Part shown: positions 22,001-33,269 of the stretch, in pieces | How positions within the stretch are numbered: position 1 is the first letter of the stretch | Layout of the letters: each line of letters starts with the position of its first letter | Assembly: GCF_036365525.1 (NCBI RefSeq) | Contig: NC_090417.1 | Location: forward strand, 3,334,832-3,398,831 | Direction of reading: 5' to 3' | DNA: 64,000 nt | Source of the DNA: Heterodontus francisci | Lineage: Eukaryota | Notes under the pieces: generated by a model | Told to the model about the DNA's origin: nothing | The model's database searches: none | Seen by the model: the letters and a program-made list of their open reading frames with translations, nothing else | Position numbers and translations under genes: made by a program

Positions 22001-23592
22001 GATGACATAAACCAGACGCTCGCCGGTGAAAATCTTGATGCATTGGGTGAGTTTTGGAGACTTGTGCTATGATTAGTATTAAGCAGAATTGCTTCAAGCA
22101 GTGGATTTCTGTCTGCCCTTGCTAACCCAGACACATTTTTAAACTTTTATAACTAAATCCTTTCAGAACGCAAAGACTCAGTAGTAACTTACAAATTGAT
22201 TTGTTTTTAATTATAATTCTTCCGTTGCTATTTTCTCCCCTCCTGCTGTGAAGTTAGCGCACTTTTTAGCTGTTTAATATCTTAGAGTGAGAGTGTGGGA
22301 TCCTGATACTTCTGAGGATTCCTGATGTGTAGATGCTGTCTCCGCTAATAGTTGCCTTTATCCGTTCTGGTGTAGGAGGCGTGGACACAGATGAATTGGA
22401 AGCTGAGTTGAATGCTCTCTTGGAAAACACAGCAGAGGAAACTCTTCTGCTGCCAGACGTGCCAACAAGAACACTCCCTGGATCACCCAGTTTTAACCTG
22501 CCTGCAGCTGAGGTTATGGATGGTGAATTGGAAGCTGGTCTCAGCAAGCTCAGTCTCTCTGACACGGGTAAACCTGCAGCCTTGCTGAAGGAGAGCTGGT
22601 GCAGGCTCAGGAACTGAAGTCTCTCAGTAAATCTCTTTTCTCCCATCCCCTCATCCCGCCATCTGGCTTGCGTGGGTGACCCAACACAGACTAAGTGCTG
22701 GGCCATTGTGTCCTGCAAGACAACACAACAGAGGCGAATCTATCTGCACTTTTCACTCCTCTCTCCCTCTCTGCCCCTCCCTCCGTCTCCTATTTAGTTT
22801 TGAAGCTTCTACCATTCCTGGCCCACCTCGTTTACCCTTTTAGGAATATCGCTGTGTTGGAGCTGCCAGTTCTGATGTCAACACTAATTCTCTAAGCATT
22901 GCCTGACCTGGTGATGTCTCGGTAAAGAGCTACTTCCCCCTGTCTCACTTCGGTGGAATAAAGAGCTATAAAAATAATATTGGATCGTACCCCATACACA
23001 GAACACACTCCGATCCATCCACTCTCCTCTCCTTTAAATGCTCCATCTTCTGGGTGTGGAAATGGAATCTGTTGTTGGAGTTGGCTGGTTATTGGCCATC
23101 AGGGAGCTGTGCCCCTTTCTGTTGAGCTGCAGCTCTCCAGAAAGCCTTTGCTTGCATGAGGCTCCAGCCCTCCATTCATGCTCTTTCTAGTAGATCCTGG
23201 ATCAGCTAGATTTGGTGGTGGTTCCCAGCTGAGGCAGAGCTACTGGGAGACAGCTTTTCCCAGCTTACATACAGTGTGAAATTGAACATAGAATGTTTGG
23301 TCCTGTTCATTTATTTCCCTTCCTGTGGGGACTTCTCTGCCCCCCGACCCCAGTGATGCAAATCAGGACCTTGTGGTGTCCTGTCGTTGCACTTTGGGAG
23401 GGTGGACCGTGAATAAAACTTGGGATTGTGACACTTTGACAAAAAGCGAGTACTGGTTTCGCAGCATCTGCTCAGACTCGTCTGCTTGTTGTATTTTTAC
23501 AACCTGCTTGAAATTATTGCCTTTTTCTTTTTTCAGGTCTCCAAACTGGTGCAACTTTAAAAAGCTCGGCCTCACCAGAACTCGCGCAATAA
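3788..23592 (+). CDS. CHMP7: CHMP7 (ESCRT-II/III hybrid, nuclear envelope sealing), whole 10-exon coding span; 441 aa if one base is restored in exon 1
   Basis: Ten GT-AG-bounded exons with matching phases (256+1, 172, 186, 134, 49, 120, 99, 61, 192, 56 nt; 1326 nt in total). The translation aligns from memory with human CHMP7 throughout ([67 protein letters not shown]). Confidence 0.95.
4113..6420. repeat. Minisatellite block A, ~21-25-bp unit (AA)CCCCCACGTCACTCTT(C/G)CCCCC
   Basis: Directly visible; roughly 100 units estimated from length/unit; TCTTC variant to ~5920, TCTTG variant ~5920-6375. Confidence 0.97.
6425..8690. repeat. Minisatellite block B, ~25-bp unit CTCCGCTTCCCTCTGTCTCCCCCCC
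   Basis: Directly visible; roughly 90 units estimated; C-run length varies. Confidence 0.97.
8691..10500. repeat. Minisatellite block C, 23-bp unit CTCCGCTTCCCTCTCTCTTCCCC, degenerating into a pyrimidine tract
   Basis: Regular to ~9650, then degenerate with larger duplicated segments (ccgtttccctc...cactccccccc recurs near 9700, 9812, 10256 and 10370). Confidence 0.95.
10604..10775 (+). CDS. CHMP7: CHMP7 coding exon 2
   Basis: aag|A CGA ... [57 protein letters not shown]|gtgag; includes the hydrophobic membrane-binding segment. Confidence 0.93.
12576..12761 (+). CDS. CHMP7: CHMP7 coding exon 3
   Basis: cccag|[62 protein letters not shown]|gtgag. Confidence 0.95.
12805..13050 (+). mobile_element. 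HE1/V-SINE-like element
   Basis: tttcctccgtgtgctccagtttcctcccaca V-domain-like core and CR1-type tail gggccaaagggcctgtttcggtgctgtat. Confidence 0.7.
13055..13872. repeat. 69-bp minisatellite GGGGTTAGATACAGAGTAAAGCTCCCTCTACACTGTCCCCATCAAACACTCCCAGGACAGGTACAGCAC, cluster 1
   Basis: About 7.5 near-perfect units at 13345-13872 (gacagg at 13381 and 13450 gives period 69), plus degenerate units from ~13055. Confidence 0.93.
14762..15118. repeat. 69-bp minisatellite, cluster 2
   Basis: About 5 more diverged units of the same monomer. Confidence 0.9.
15128..16050 (-). mobile_element. L2-like LINE 3' fragment
   Basis: [13 protein letters not shown]...[24 protein letters not shown]; 3' tail reads ggcgctatataaat on the minus strand. 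Confidence 0.85.
16174..16307 (+). CDS. CHMP7: CHMP7 coding exon 4
   Basis: cag|[44 protein letters not shown](R)|gtac. Confidence 0.95.
16540..17335 (+). mobile_element. CR1 LINE 3' fragment, degraded
   Basis: DFQKA.KVPH.RL-like and [10 protein letters not shown] remnants followed by the CR1 tail. Confidence 0.8.
17862..17910 (+). CDS. CHMP7: CHMP7 coding exon 5
   Basis: ttcttcctag|(R)[16 protein letters not shown]|gtgag; 49 nt, phases fit both neighbours. Confidence 0.9.
18935..19054 (+). CDS. CHMP7: CHMP7 coding exon 6
   Basis: gaag|[40 protein letters not shown]|gtattg. Confidence 0.93.
19320..20310 (-). mobile_element. L2-like LINE 3' fragment
   Basis: [38 protein letters not shown] (decayed YADD), [18 protein letters not shown]; same tail as the copy at 15128. 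Confidence 0.88.
21087..21185 (+). CDS. CHMP7: CHMP7 coding exon 7
   Basis: ttccag|[33 protein letters not shown]|gtaag. Confidence 0.95.
21845..21908. repeat. Perfect 32-bp tandem duplication in CHMP7 intron 7
   Basis: GGGACTGGGTCTCACTGGATCATTGACCAGGC x2, followed by a diverged third copy. Confidence 0.9.
21986..22046 (+). CDS. CHMP7: CHMP7 coding exon 8
   Basis: (ct)n cag|[20 protein letters not shown](G)|gtgag. Confidence 0.93.
22376..22567 (+). CDS. CHMP7: CHMP7 coding exon 9
   Basis: tgtag|(G)[63 protein letters not shown](G)|gtaaac; two Leu-rich NES-like helices. Confidence 0.9.
23537..23592 (+). CDS. CHMP7: CHMP7 last coding exon
   Basis: Strong polypyrimidine acceptor ttttcag|(G)[17 protein letters not shown]; phase fits exon 9; weak sequence conservation. 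Confidence 0.75.
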
Positions 23593-24564
23593 CCACTGAT
23601 GCAGTCTGCACTGAGCAAATTGCTCCACTCGGACATATCTAGAATTTTCTCTGGTCTTAAAGAACCCAGAGGGTGGGGAGAAAGCAACAGACAGTAACGG
23701 TTGCAGCCAGTTGTACTTGAGGACGCTGTTTTAGTCTCTTGGATTTGCCCTGGGAGCTGGGACGAATCGGAGGATTGTTTTTCGTGAAAAGTATCTCGGG
23801 CCATTCTGAGGAGAGGAGAGCTTTTCAGGTTCTGGCTCTTTCAGGACAAGGTTTCACTCATAGATCCTGAACTGACCTTGATCATCTCTTCCTGACTATC
23901 TGAAGGGCCCATTGCTGCTGCCAGATGTCAGCATTGTGGTGGACCAGGAGACTGAGCTCAAGCCATCCTACAGACCATTGAGGACGATACTGGGCTCACA
24001 TCACCGTATCCACAGGACATGGAGTTTCTTGATGGGATTGTGCCTAAACGTTTAGCTGTCAGTGCACCCATAGTAAGCTATCAACAGCAGCACTCAGAGA
24101 ACCAGTGCTTGAAGAATGAGGCATGTCAGCTTACCAGTGCAACCAAGAGCCATATATACAGCAGAGGGATCAATTAAAATCCAGGCTCAAATGATGATGC
24201 TTTTACACCTCAGTGTCCGAAAGATTTCCCCAGGAGAAACATCTGATTTTCACTTGAATAATGGAGCATGATTCCAGGACAGATCCCTCCACCTGTTTTA
24301 ATTGAGTCTTTCCTTGCATTTGTAAATTGTGTTTGTGTGTCTGATTTGCACTGTCCAAGAGGGAGAGGCTGGTTGTCAGGACCCTGGAAAGACCAGCTCG
24401 GAAATATTAATTCTCCCCTCAAGCTGGCAGCAGCTTCAGTTCTTGTCCTGCTCAATGTATGATGCCTTTGTGATAAATGCACTTGTCAATGTCTGTTTTG
24501 GTGAACATCTTAGCTAAAACTTGGGATTGTAGAATATTCAGAATCCTTTTTTTGTCTGATTTGA

Positions 24565-24570
24565 AATAAA
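24565..24570 (+). terminator. Probable CHMP7 polyadenylation signal
   Basis: AATAAA about 1 kb after the stop codon, flanked by T-rich tracts. Confidence 0.55.
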
Positions 24571-25166
24571 GAATTTTTTTTTTTTAATTGTATATAAATT
24601 TCCTCCTTTTATCTCTCTCGCGAGCTCAGGTCGGTGAAATGATGCCTGTTCAGTGGGTGGAATTAGCGAGCAATAACTTTTCATTGTGGTAGTGGTGGGA
24701 TGTCTGGGCATAGCCATTTTATTTTAAATTAAAATTTGATTGGGAAGAATATTTAACAAGGTACACTTGCAGATGACGTTTGCCAATCTAAAGCAATGTT
24801 CCACGTTGGAATTATTGCACAGAAAAGTGGAGTTCTACAACGAAAGGGATTTTATTTATGGTCACTTGATCTCTTTAAGAGGGGTCTATGACGATCAGAT
24901 GTTGGGAAGGGGCTTGAAGGTGATCAATGTTAAAGGATTACTATGTTACTTGTTCAGTGGAGATAGGATAACATTGGGGAGTTCATGTACAAATAATAAA
25001 CTTGATGGGCTTGATCTTGCTCCAGGTGGGCACCAGAGAAGGGGCAGATGATTTTTACCTTTCCCCTTTATCAGTCCTTATGATGTAATGTGTTCTTTCC
25101 CCAGTTTTTTTTTTAAGCTTTAAACCCGACAGTCGGTCAGAGATCTGCAGCTGATAACTTGCATCA

Positions 25167-26041
25167 TGTTACGACTGAGGTGGGAGGAGTGCACTGTTTA
25201 TTCGAGTTCCACCTCTCCACAGGTCACAACATATATTAAAATTTTTTCCCACTTACTGATATGATCAATTAACCCAGAATAAAACACATCCAACCAGTTT
25301 TCTTTCATAAACAACAAAATCATCAGTTTATTATAAAACAAGTCTTAATCAGTATTGGAGCAAAGCATAAACACACAACTTGAAATATAAAAGTTCCCTT
25401 TTTACCTTAGCCCCTCACACACGCATAACGGAAAAAATAGAGATTTACTCTTTAGCGGTCTCTTACAAAAAGAATACATTGTCTAAAATACTTGCTAATA
25501 AAGAAAAAGATATGAAAAGATGTCAGAAGTCCTTTTTGTTTTGGAGTCCCAAATACATGTAGCCGACTGTCACTGGGATCTTCCTTAACCAGTTCTTTTC
25601 AGGCGATGTTGACGATCAGTATGAGCAGGCTTTCCAAGGAAAATTCAGTAATGGGTTTCGGGCAGTTTCTGACATATGCTTCTCAGCTTCTCGAGATGGA
25701 TAACAAGCAGGCTTTTTCAAAGAGCTGGAACAGACTGAGCTGGGTTTTTGCTCCCTTGGCAAGTTTTCTCCAACTGTCTTTTCAAACCATTGTATATCCC
25801 AACTCACTGTCCAAAGTGAAACCATGTCACAAGAATCAACCTTCCTGACCCCTATAAATCGTGACCTGTTACCTGTTTGTAAGCCTCTTTTTCCCAAGTC
25901 ATGAACAACCCCTGCTGGGTAATTATTTGAAGACCGGTGCCTTCCAGTAACTGTTTATAATCCAGACCTCTCAGTGACTCTTGTAAAAAAAAAAATCCAT
26001 GGAATTGTCAAAGTTTAACAAAAAAGGGAAGACTCATATCA
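25167..26041. mobile_element. Probable solo LTR (875 bp)
   Basis: Starts TGTTACGA and ends TCATATCA (imperfect TG...CA inverted termini); flanked by a 4-bp direct repeat ATCA (25163-25166, 26042-26045); no recognisable coding content. Confidence 0.6.
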
Positions 26042-26067
26042 ATCAATAGAGCCCTTTTCTCTCATAG

Positions 26068-26800
26068 GATCATAGGAAATAGGAGCAAGAGTAGGCCATT
26101 CGGCCCATCGAGACTGCTCTGCCATTCAAACTGATCATGGCTGATCATTACCTCTATGCCATTTTCCCCCACTATCCCCATATTCCTTGATGTTACTATT
26201 CAGATATCTATCAATTTCTGTCTTGAGCACACTCAATGATTGAGCGTCCACAGTCCTCTGGGGTAGAGAATTCCACAGATTCATCAGAAATTCCTCTTCA
26301 TCTCAGTCTTAAATGGCCTGCCTGTTATTCTGAGACTGTGTCCCCTTGTACTAGACCCACCAGCGAGAGGAAACATCCTATCCACACCCACCCTGTCACA
26401 CTCTGGAAGAATTTTGTAAGTTTCAATAAGTTCACTTCTCATTCTTCGAAACTCTGGGGAATACAGGCCCAGTTTCTGCAATCTCTCCTCATAAGACAAT
26501 CCAGGGATTAATCTGGTGAACCTCCAAAGCAGTCCTTCAATGGCAAGTGTTCAATTGAAGCAATACATCTTTATACTTGTACTCAAATCCCCTTGCAATA
26601 AAGGCCAACATACCATTTGCCTTCTCAATTGCTTGCTGCACCTGCATACGAGCTTTTAGTGACTCATGGACAAGGGTGCCCAGATCTCTTTGGACATCAA
26701 CACTTCCCAACCTCTCAGCATTTAAGAAATACTTTGCTTTTCTGTTTTTTTTTCTACCAAAGTGGATCACTTCATACTTACTCATATTATATTCTCCACC
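26068..26800 (-). mobile_element. CR1 LINE 3' fragment
   Basis: KYEVIHFGRK...QRDLGTLVHESLK...KANGMLAFIARGFEYK; SYEERLQKLGLYSPEFRRMRSELIETYKI. Confidence 0.88.
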
Positions 26801-28011
26801 ACAAACTCTCCTGTCTCCGTGTACAATGGACACACTCGTCCTTGCTAATCGTTTCCTTTTCACGTACCTTTTTAAAAAAAAAGCTTTTACAGCTGCCTCT
26901 TCTGCTCTGACTCATCCTCACTCTTCCCTCCCTTTTGTTGAATCTTGAGTGTTTTGCATCAGGAAGACATACACAGTCAGCAGGAGCTGGAGTCAACAAG
27001 GGGAAAGAGAGACACCAAAGATAGACAAAAAAAAAGAATTTGTTTTTAAATAGAAGCTTTTGAAGGCAGAGGGAGAGATCAACAAGGTAAAGGGATTTGG
27101 AAGAATAGGTATTAAAGGTTGAAAGATTGGCCTCTAATGGGAGAGCAGAGAATATGCAGTTCGAGGAACCCAGGGCAGAGATCAGGCTGGAGGGACTGAG
27201 CCTCGAGTTGAAAATGACCACCAGGATTTTGACATTCTTTGGGCAGGTGGGCCTTTGGGCAGACTAGTGTGCAGGCCATGAGTTTCTGAACTGGCTGATG
27301 TTCATGAAAATGGGAAAGCCAGTGAACTGAGCATTGGAGAAATCAATCATTCAGGGGGCTCCAAGTTTCAGCAGCAAGTACGGGTGATGTGCAGGCATAA
27401 CCAGGTCTAGCACTGTAGGTTTTGTGTGTGTCTGTCGACTCTCCTTGCAATGGGCGAGGAATTCTCATTTGTCAAAGCTCAGACACTGTCTCTTGACTAC
27501 CTGCGGTGTGGTGGAGTCATTCAACGCAGTAAATTTCTCCCCTCACTTTCTCCAGTGTCAGGCCCCGGATACACATTGAAAAGTCTTTTGTGAGGGATGA
27601 ACATTTTTTGTTGATTCCCTGTTTGTTCTGTGGTAACAGCACAAAGTGTAAGATCATTTCCATTCAATGACAGGAAAGATTTAAAAAGCATGTTTTTTTT
27701 CAGCAGCTGAGGTCACATTTTTTTGTTTAATTAAATCCTATAAATTATACCGAGTGTTTGGTAAGAACCATTTTTCTGGTCAACATTGCTGACCATAGGC
27801 GAAGTGAATCCTCACAGATTTATTGACGTGTGCAGCATAAGTGTTTTGTTCTGCTCTCTACCCTCAGCCTATATCTGCCAACTTTCTGCATGTGTGACAT
27901 GGAATCAAAACAAGCATAACTGAGAGGTCATCTGCTAAATACACTGCCCAATATGGCAAGCAGCTTTGCTGGCCAGAAAGATCCCAGGCTCTCCTGCTCT
28001 GTGCTGAGATT

Positions 28012-30660
28012 TCTTTTATTTATTCATGGGATGTGGGCTTCGCTGGCAAGGCCAACATTTATTGTCCATCCCTAATTGCCCTTGAGAAGGTGGTGGTGAG
28101 CTGCCTTCTTGAACCGCTGCAGTCCATGTGGGGTAGGTATACCCGCAGTGCTGTTAGGAAGGGAGTTCCAGGATTTTGACCCAGCGACAGTGAAGGAATG
28201 GTGATATAGTTCCAAGTTAGGATGGTGTGTGGCTTGGAGGGGAACTTGCAAGTGGTGGTGTTCCCATACATCTGCTGCCCTTGTCCTTCTAGGTGGTAGA
28301 GGTTGCAGGTTTGGAAGGCGCTGTCAAAGGAGTCTTGGTGAGTTGCTTCATCTTGTATTCGGTACACACTGCTGCCACTGTGCATCAGTGGTGGCGGGAG
28401 TGAATGTTTGTGGATGGTGTGCCAGTCAAGCGGGCTGCTTTGTCCTGGATGGTGTCGAGCTTCTTGAGTGTTGTTGGAGCCGCACCCATCCAGGCGAGTG
28501 GAGAGTATTCCATCACACTGTTGACTTGTGCCTTGTAGATGGTGGACAGGTATTGGTGAGTCAGGAGGTGAGTTACTTGCTGCAGAGTTCCCAGCCTCTG
28601 ACCTGCTCTTGTAGCCACATTATTTATGTGGCTGGTTCACTTCTGTTTCTGGTCAATGGTGACCCCCCAGGATGTTAGTGTGGGATTCAGTAATGGTCAT
28701 GCCACTGAACATTTAGGGGAGATGGTTAGATTCTCTCTTGTTTGAGATGGTTATTGCCTGGCATTTGTGTGGTGCAAATGTTACTTGCCACTTATCAGCC
28801 CATGATTGAATGGTGTCCAGGTCTTGCTGTATATGGACACGGGCTGCTTCAGCAACTGAGGAGTCTCAAATGGTGCTGAACATTGTGCAATCATCAGCAA
28901 ACATCCCCACTTCTGACCTTATGATTGAAGGAATGAAGCAGCTGAAGATGGTTGGGCCTAGGACACTACCCTGAGAAACTCCTGCAGTGATGTCCTGGAG
29001 CTCAGATGATTGACCTCCAACAACCACAACCATCTTCCTTTGCGCTAGGTATGACCCCAGCCAGCGGAGGGTTTTCCCCCTGATTCCCATTGACTTCAGT
29101 TTTGCTTGGGCTCCTTGATACCACACTCGGTCAAATGCTGTCTTGATGTCAAGGGCAGTCACTCTCACCTCACCTCTTGAGTTCAGCTCTTTTGTCCATG
29201 TTTGAACCAAGGCTGTAATGAGGTCAGGTGCTGAGTGGCCCTGGCGGAACCCAAACTGACCGTCACTGAGCAGGTTATTGCTAAGCAAGTGCTGCTTGAT
29301 GGCACTGTTGACGACACCTTTCATCACTTTACTGATGATTGAGAGTAGGCTGATGGGGCGGTAATTGGCCGGGTTGGACTTGTCCTGCTTTTTGTATACA
29401 GGACATACCTGGGCAATTTTCCACATTGCCAGGGAGATGCCAGTGTTGCAGCTGTACTGGAACAGCTTGGCAAGGGGCATGGCTAATTCTGGAGCACAGG
29501 TCTTCAGTACTATTGACGGACTGTTGTCAGGGCCCAAGGCCTTTGCAATATCCAATGTCTTCAGTCGTTTCTTGATATCACGTGAAGTGAATCGGATTGG
29601 CTGAAGACCGGCATTTGTGATGCTGGGGAACTCGCGGTGACCGAGATGGATCGTCCACTCGGCACTTCTGGCTAGAGGTGGTTACAAATGCTTCAGCCTT
29701 ATCTTTTACATTGATGTGCTGGGCTCCCCCATCACTGAGGATGGGGATATTTGTCGCGCCTCCCCCTCCTGTCAGTTGTTTAATTGTCCGCCACCATTTA
29801 CAACTGGATGTGGCGGAACTGCAGATCTGATCCGTTGGTTGTGAGATTGCTTAGCTCTGTCTATTGCATGCTGCTTACGCAGTTTGGCATGCAAGTAGTC
29901 CTGTGTTGTAGTTTCACCAGGTTGACACCTCATTTTGAGGTATGCCTGGTGCTACCCCTGACATGCCCTCCTGCACTCTTCATTGAATCAGGGTTAGTCT
30001 CCTGGCTTGATGCCGGGCCATGAGGTTACAGATTGTGGTTGAATACAATTCTGCTGCTGCTGATGCCCCACAGCGCCTCATGGATGCCCAGTTTTGAGTT
30101 GCTGGATCTGTTTGAAATCTTTCCTATTTAGCAGAGTGGTAGTGCCACACAACACGATGGAGGGTATCCTCAACGTGAAGACGGGATATCGTCTCCACAA
30201 GGGCTGTCCAGTGGTCAGTCCTACCAATACCATCGTGGACAGATGCATCTGCGGCAGGTAGATTGGTGAGGACGAGGTCAAGCAGCTTTTTAATCTCTTA
30301 TTGGTTCTCTCACCACGTGCCGCAGGCCTAGACTGGCAGATTCAGGGCTCAGCCAGCTCGGTCAGTAGTGGTGCTACCAAGCCACTCTTGGTTCCCCCAC
30401 CCAGAGTACATTTTGTGCCCTTGCTACCTTTCATGCTTCAACATGGAGAAGTACTGATTCATCAGCCGAGGGAGTGTGGTAGATGGTAATCAGCAGGAGG
30501 TTTCCTTGTCCATGTTTGACCTGATGCCATGAGACATCATGGGGTCCAGAGTTAATGTTGAGGACTGCCTCCCGACTTTATCCCACTGTGCCGCTGCCAC
30601 CTCTGCTGGGTCTGTCCTGCCGGTGGGACAGGACATACCTGGGGATGGTGATGGGACATT
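28012..30660 (-). mobile_element. Non-LTR retrotransposon (CR1/L2-group LINE), degraded ORF2 with endonuclease and RT remnants
   Basis: ORF 28866-29555: KALGPDN...NPANYRPISLLS...QFGFRQG...ALDIKTAFDRV...GVSQGSVLGP...MFADD; endonuclease-like QEWLGSTTTDRAG near 30350-30390; 3' tail at ~28012-28090. Confidence 0.9.
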
Positions 30661-31019
30661 GTCTGTGCTGAGTTCACTTCTCTAGTCTATGAAGGAGGGA
30701 AGGTGCCTTGCTCCTACTTACTGGCAATATTTATGGCACAGGAGGAAACCATTCAGCCCTCTGTGGGGAATAAAGAAGAACTATCCAACCTAATCCCACC
30801 TTCGAGCTCTTGGTCCGTAGCCCTGTAGGTTACAGTACTTCATGTGCATATCCAAGTATTTTTTAAATGCAATGAGAGTCATATCTATAATTCTCCATGC
30901 CTGGCAATATCTTGCTGACTCTCCTCTGTACCCTTTCTAGTATGAACACTCCCTTCCTGTAATGGGGTGACCAGGACTGTATGTGTTACTCTAGCTGCAG
31001 TCTAACTAGTGTTCTATAC

Positions 31020-31996
31020 CAGGGTTGTCCAACATACAGCCCGCGGAGGTGTATTTCAGAGATGGGAAATTTCCCATTGTCATCTTCTTTTAGACTGGTG
31101 CTTTTAAAAAATCGCAATGTCAGTTTCACAGCTGACAGTTTCACGGGAACAGCGGTTTCTCAACTTCAGATGGATTCAGGGTTTTCCAGTGGGTTCCGAC
31201 TTTTTTTTAAAAGCCCGCTGGAAAATCCCAAATCTGTCCCAAGTTGGGAAATGGCTCTTCCCATTCCCAGCACTGGTCAGTTAAAAAAAACACACAAAGC
31301 TGCTGTTCTGAGCCTTCCCGCCCTCTGCAAAGGTCAGAGAGAGGAGGAGAGAGAAAGAGGGGAGGGACAGAGAAGGGGCAGAGAGAGAGAGATAGAGGGG
31401 GAGAGAGAGAGACTGAGAGGGGGCAGAGAGAGATGGGGGACAGAGAGAGAAGGGGGCAGAGAGAGAGGAGGGAGAGAGAGGGGACAGAGGGAAAGAGAGG
31501 GGAATGGAGGGGGGGGGACAGAGAGAGGGGGGACACAGAGAACAATGACGACACACAAAGGGAGGAACAGCATAGAGAGGGGATAAAACAGAGAGGGTGG
31601 ACAAAGAGGAGGCGGACACAGAGAGAGACAGAGCGAGAGTGATCAAGATCACTCCTGACAGATGGACATCTATCCGTAATTCTCCGCATTGTTACAAGAA
31701 GTGTGCAGGCAAATGTTGACTACTTGTGCAAGCAAACAAAAATGCCACATATTTCACTAAATCAGTGTCCAACATAGTGATGAGAAAGTAAGTCAATAAA
31801 TTAATCTTCTCATTTAAAGCTTCTTCACAAAAATGCTCATTTGTTGTTGTTTTGATTAATAGTAAGATCAATTTTTGATGCCTTTATCTTTCTGAAATTG
31901 TTTCACCGGCTCCCTATGTAAGACAAAAATTGTAATGTGCCCCCACCCACCCCCCCCCCCCCCCCCCGCCCCAAGCGAAAAGGTTGGACAACCCTG
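31020..31996. mobile_element. Non-autonomous hAT-superfamily DNA transposon (977 bp)
   Basis: Perfect 14-bp TIRs CAGGGTTGTCCAAC (31020-31033) / GTTGGACAACCCTG (31983-31996); exact 8-bp TSD TTCTATAC (31012-31019 and 31997-32004); no transposase ORF; internal GA-rich tract. Confidence 0.92.
31335..31640. repeat. GA-rich low-complexity polypurine tract inside the hAT element
   Basis: Directly visible (GA/GGA/GACA-rich). Confidence 0.9.
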
Positions 31997-33269
31997 TTCT
32001 ATACAGTTCTAGCATAACCTCCCTGCTCTTATACTCTATGTCTCAGCGGATAATGGAAAGTATCCCATATGCCTTCTTAACCATCTTATCTGCCTGTGCT
32101 ACTACCTTTAGGCATCCTGGACATGAACTGCAATCTCCCTCAGTTCCTCTATGCTCCTAGTATCCTAATATTGATTATGAATTCCCTTGCCATTTTTGCC
32201 CTTTGTAAGGAGATACTATTTATAAATCCTGCAGGCAGGCAAACAGATGGTGAGGCGGGGGCAATTCTCCATACAATGGAATCCTGCAAATCCTAGTTGG
32301 ATTCAAAACCTTGGAAGTGGACTTACTGGTCAATCCCAATGTGTTTTCCTTTTATTCCCAAAGGGATTGGGGACTCCTTCAGGCTCGAGAGAACCTCCAG
32401 GATAGCCAAGTTGAACTGACCTGAACTGAATTGCCAGTTTAGCCCATGTTTAGTGCCAGATGCCATCTTGATAAAGCAGTTGAAGCTGACACTAGAAACT
32501 AGATGATCACTAGGGGGGCTGACCCACTGCTACTTATGTTGCTCAGCATTTTGGCGGCGGGCACCTCAACTAAAGCCCTTTCCTAACAGCAACCAGTTGT
32601 TGCAGAGGATTTTGAGCGCGACTTAAAGGTATATCATCTTTTACTCTTCACTTGCTCCTGCTTTGGGAGACTTTCTGGGGACACCTTCAACTCTCTGTCA
32701 ACATTTATTCTCGAAATTCTCTGAGCACTTTACCTAACAAGTATAAGTGCTGTGCTGTGGTACAGCAGCTTACTGGACACTTGCTAGCAGTCACCAGCAG
32801 AAAGGCTCCTGTTAGGGCTGCCCCTTTGTCTGGATGAGGATTGGGAGGAGGATATGAGGCCAGGTGGAGCAGCACCAGCTGCTGCAGGAGGGAGGGCCAG
32901 GCAGACTCCCTTCCCCCCCCCCCCCCCCCGCAGGTACAGGACATCCCTCCTCCTCTGCACAAGGAATTCTAGCACTGCCCCTTCAGTGAAAGTGGATGCA
33001 TGGAGCCCGGATACTCGTCTCCATGAAAATTGCGCCAAATCAGTTTAAATTCAAATGATGGTAATCAACAATTAGGACAAAAATAGTGTGGGAAAAGTAG
33101 GCTTTCAAACAGGAATGTCTCATTGGCACAGAACCCATTTTATCCTTGTAATAAAGTAACCCCCAATAAGTTGGGTCCAGAGCATGGGCACCCTTGGCTG
33201 TCTAATATCTTGCCCATTCTTGTTAAATAAGGAACTATTCCAATTTGAGGGGGCTGACAGCTGAAACTG

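Larger units (their letters stand above)
30730..32200 (-). mobile_element. Degraded CR1 fragment interrupted by the hAT element
   Basis: CR1-type text (ctcctctgtaccctttc...ggtgaccaggactg...ctaactagtgttctatac) resumes after the TSD (agttctagcataacctccctgctcttatactctatg). Confidence 0.7.

Noticed and set aside
30981-31689. Overlapping ORFs of 79-201 aa, possible transposase
   Set aside because: These are translations of the GA-rich tract with no hAT transposase motifs.
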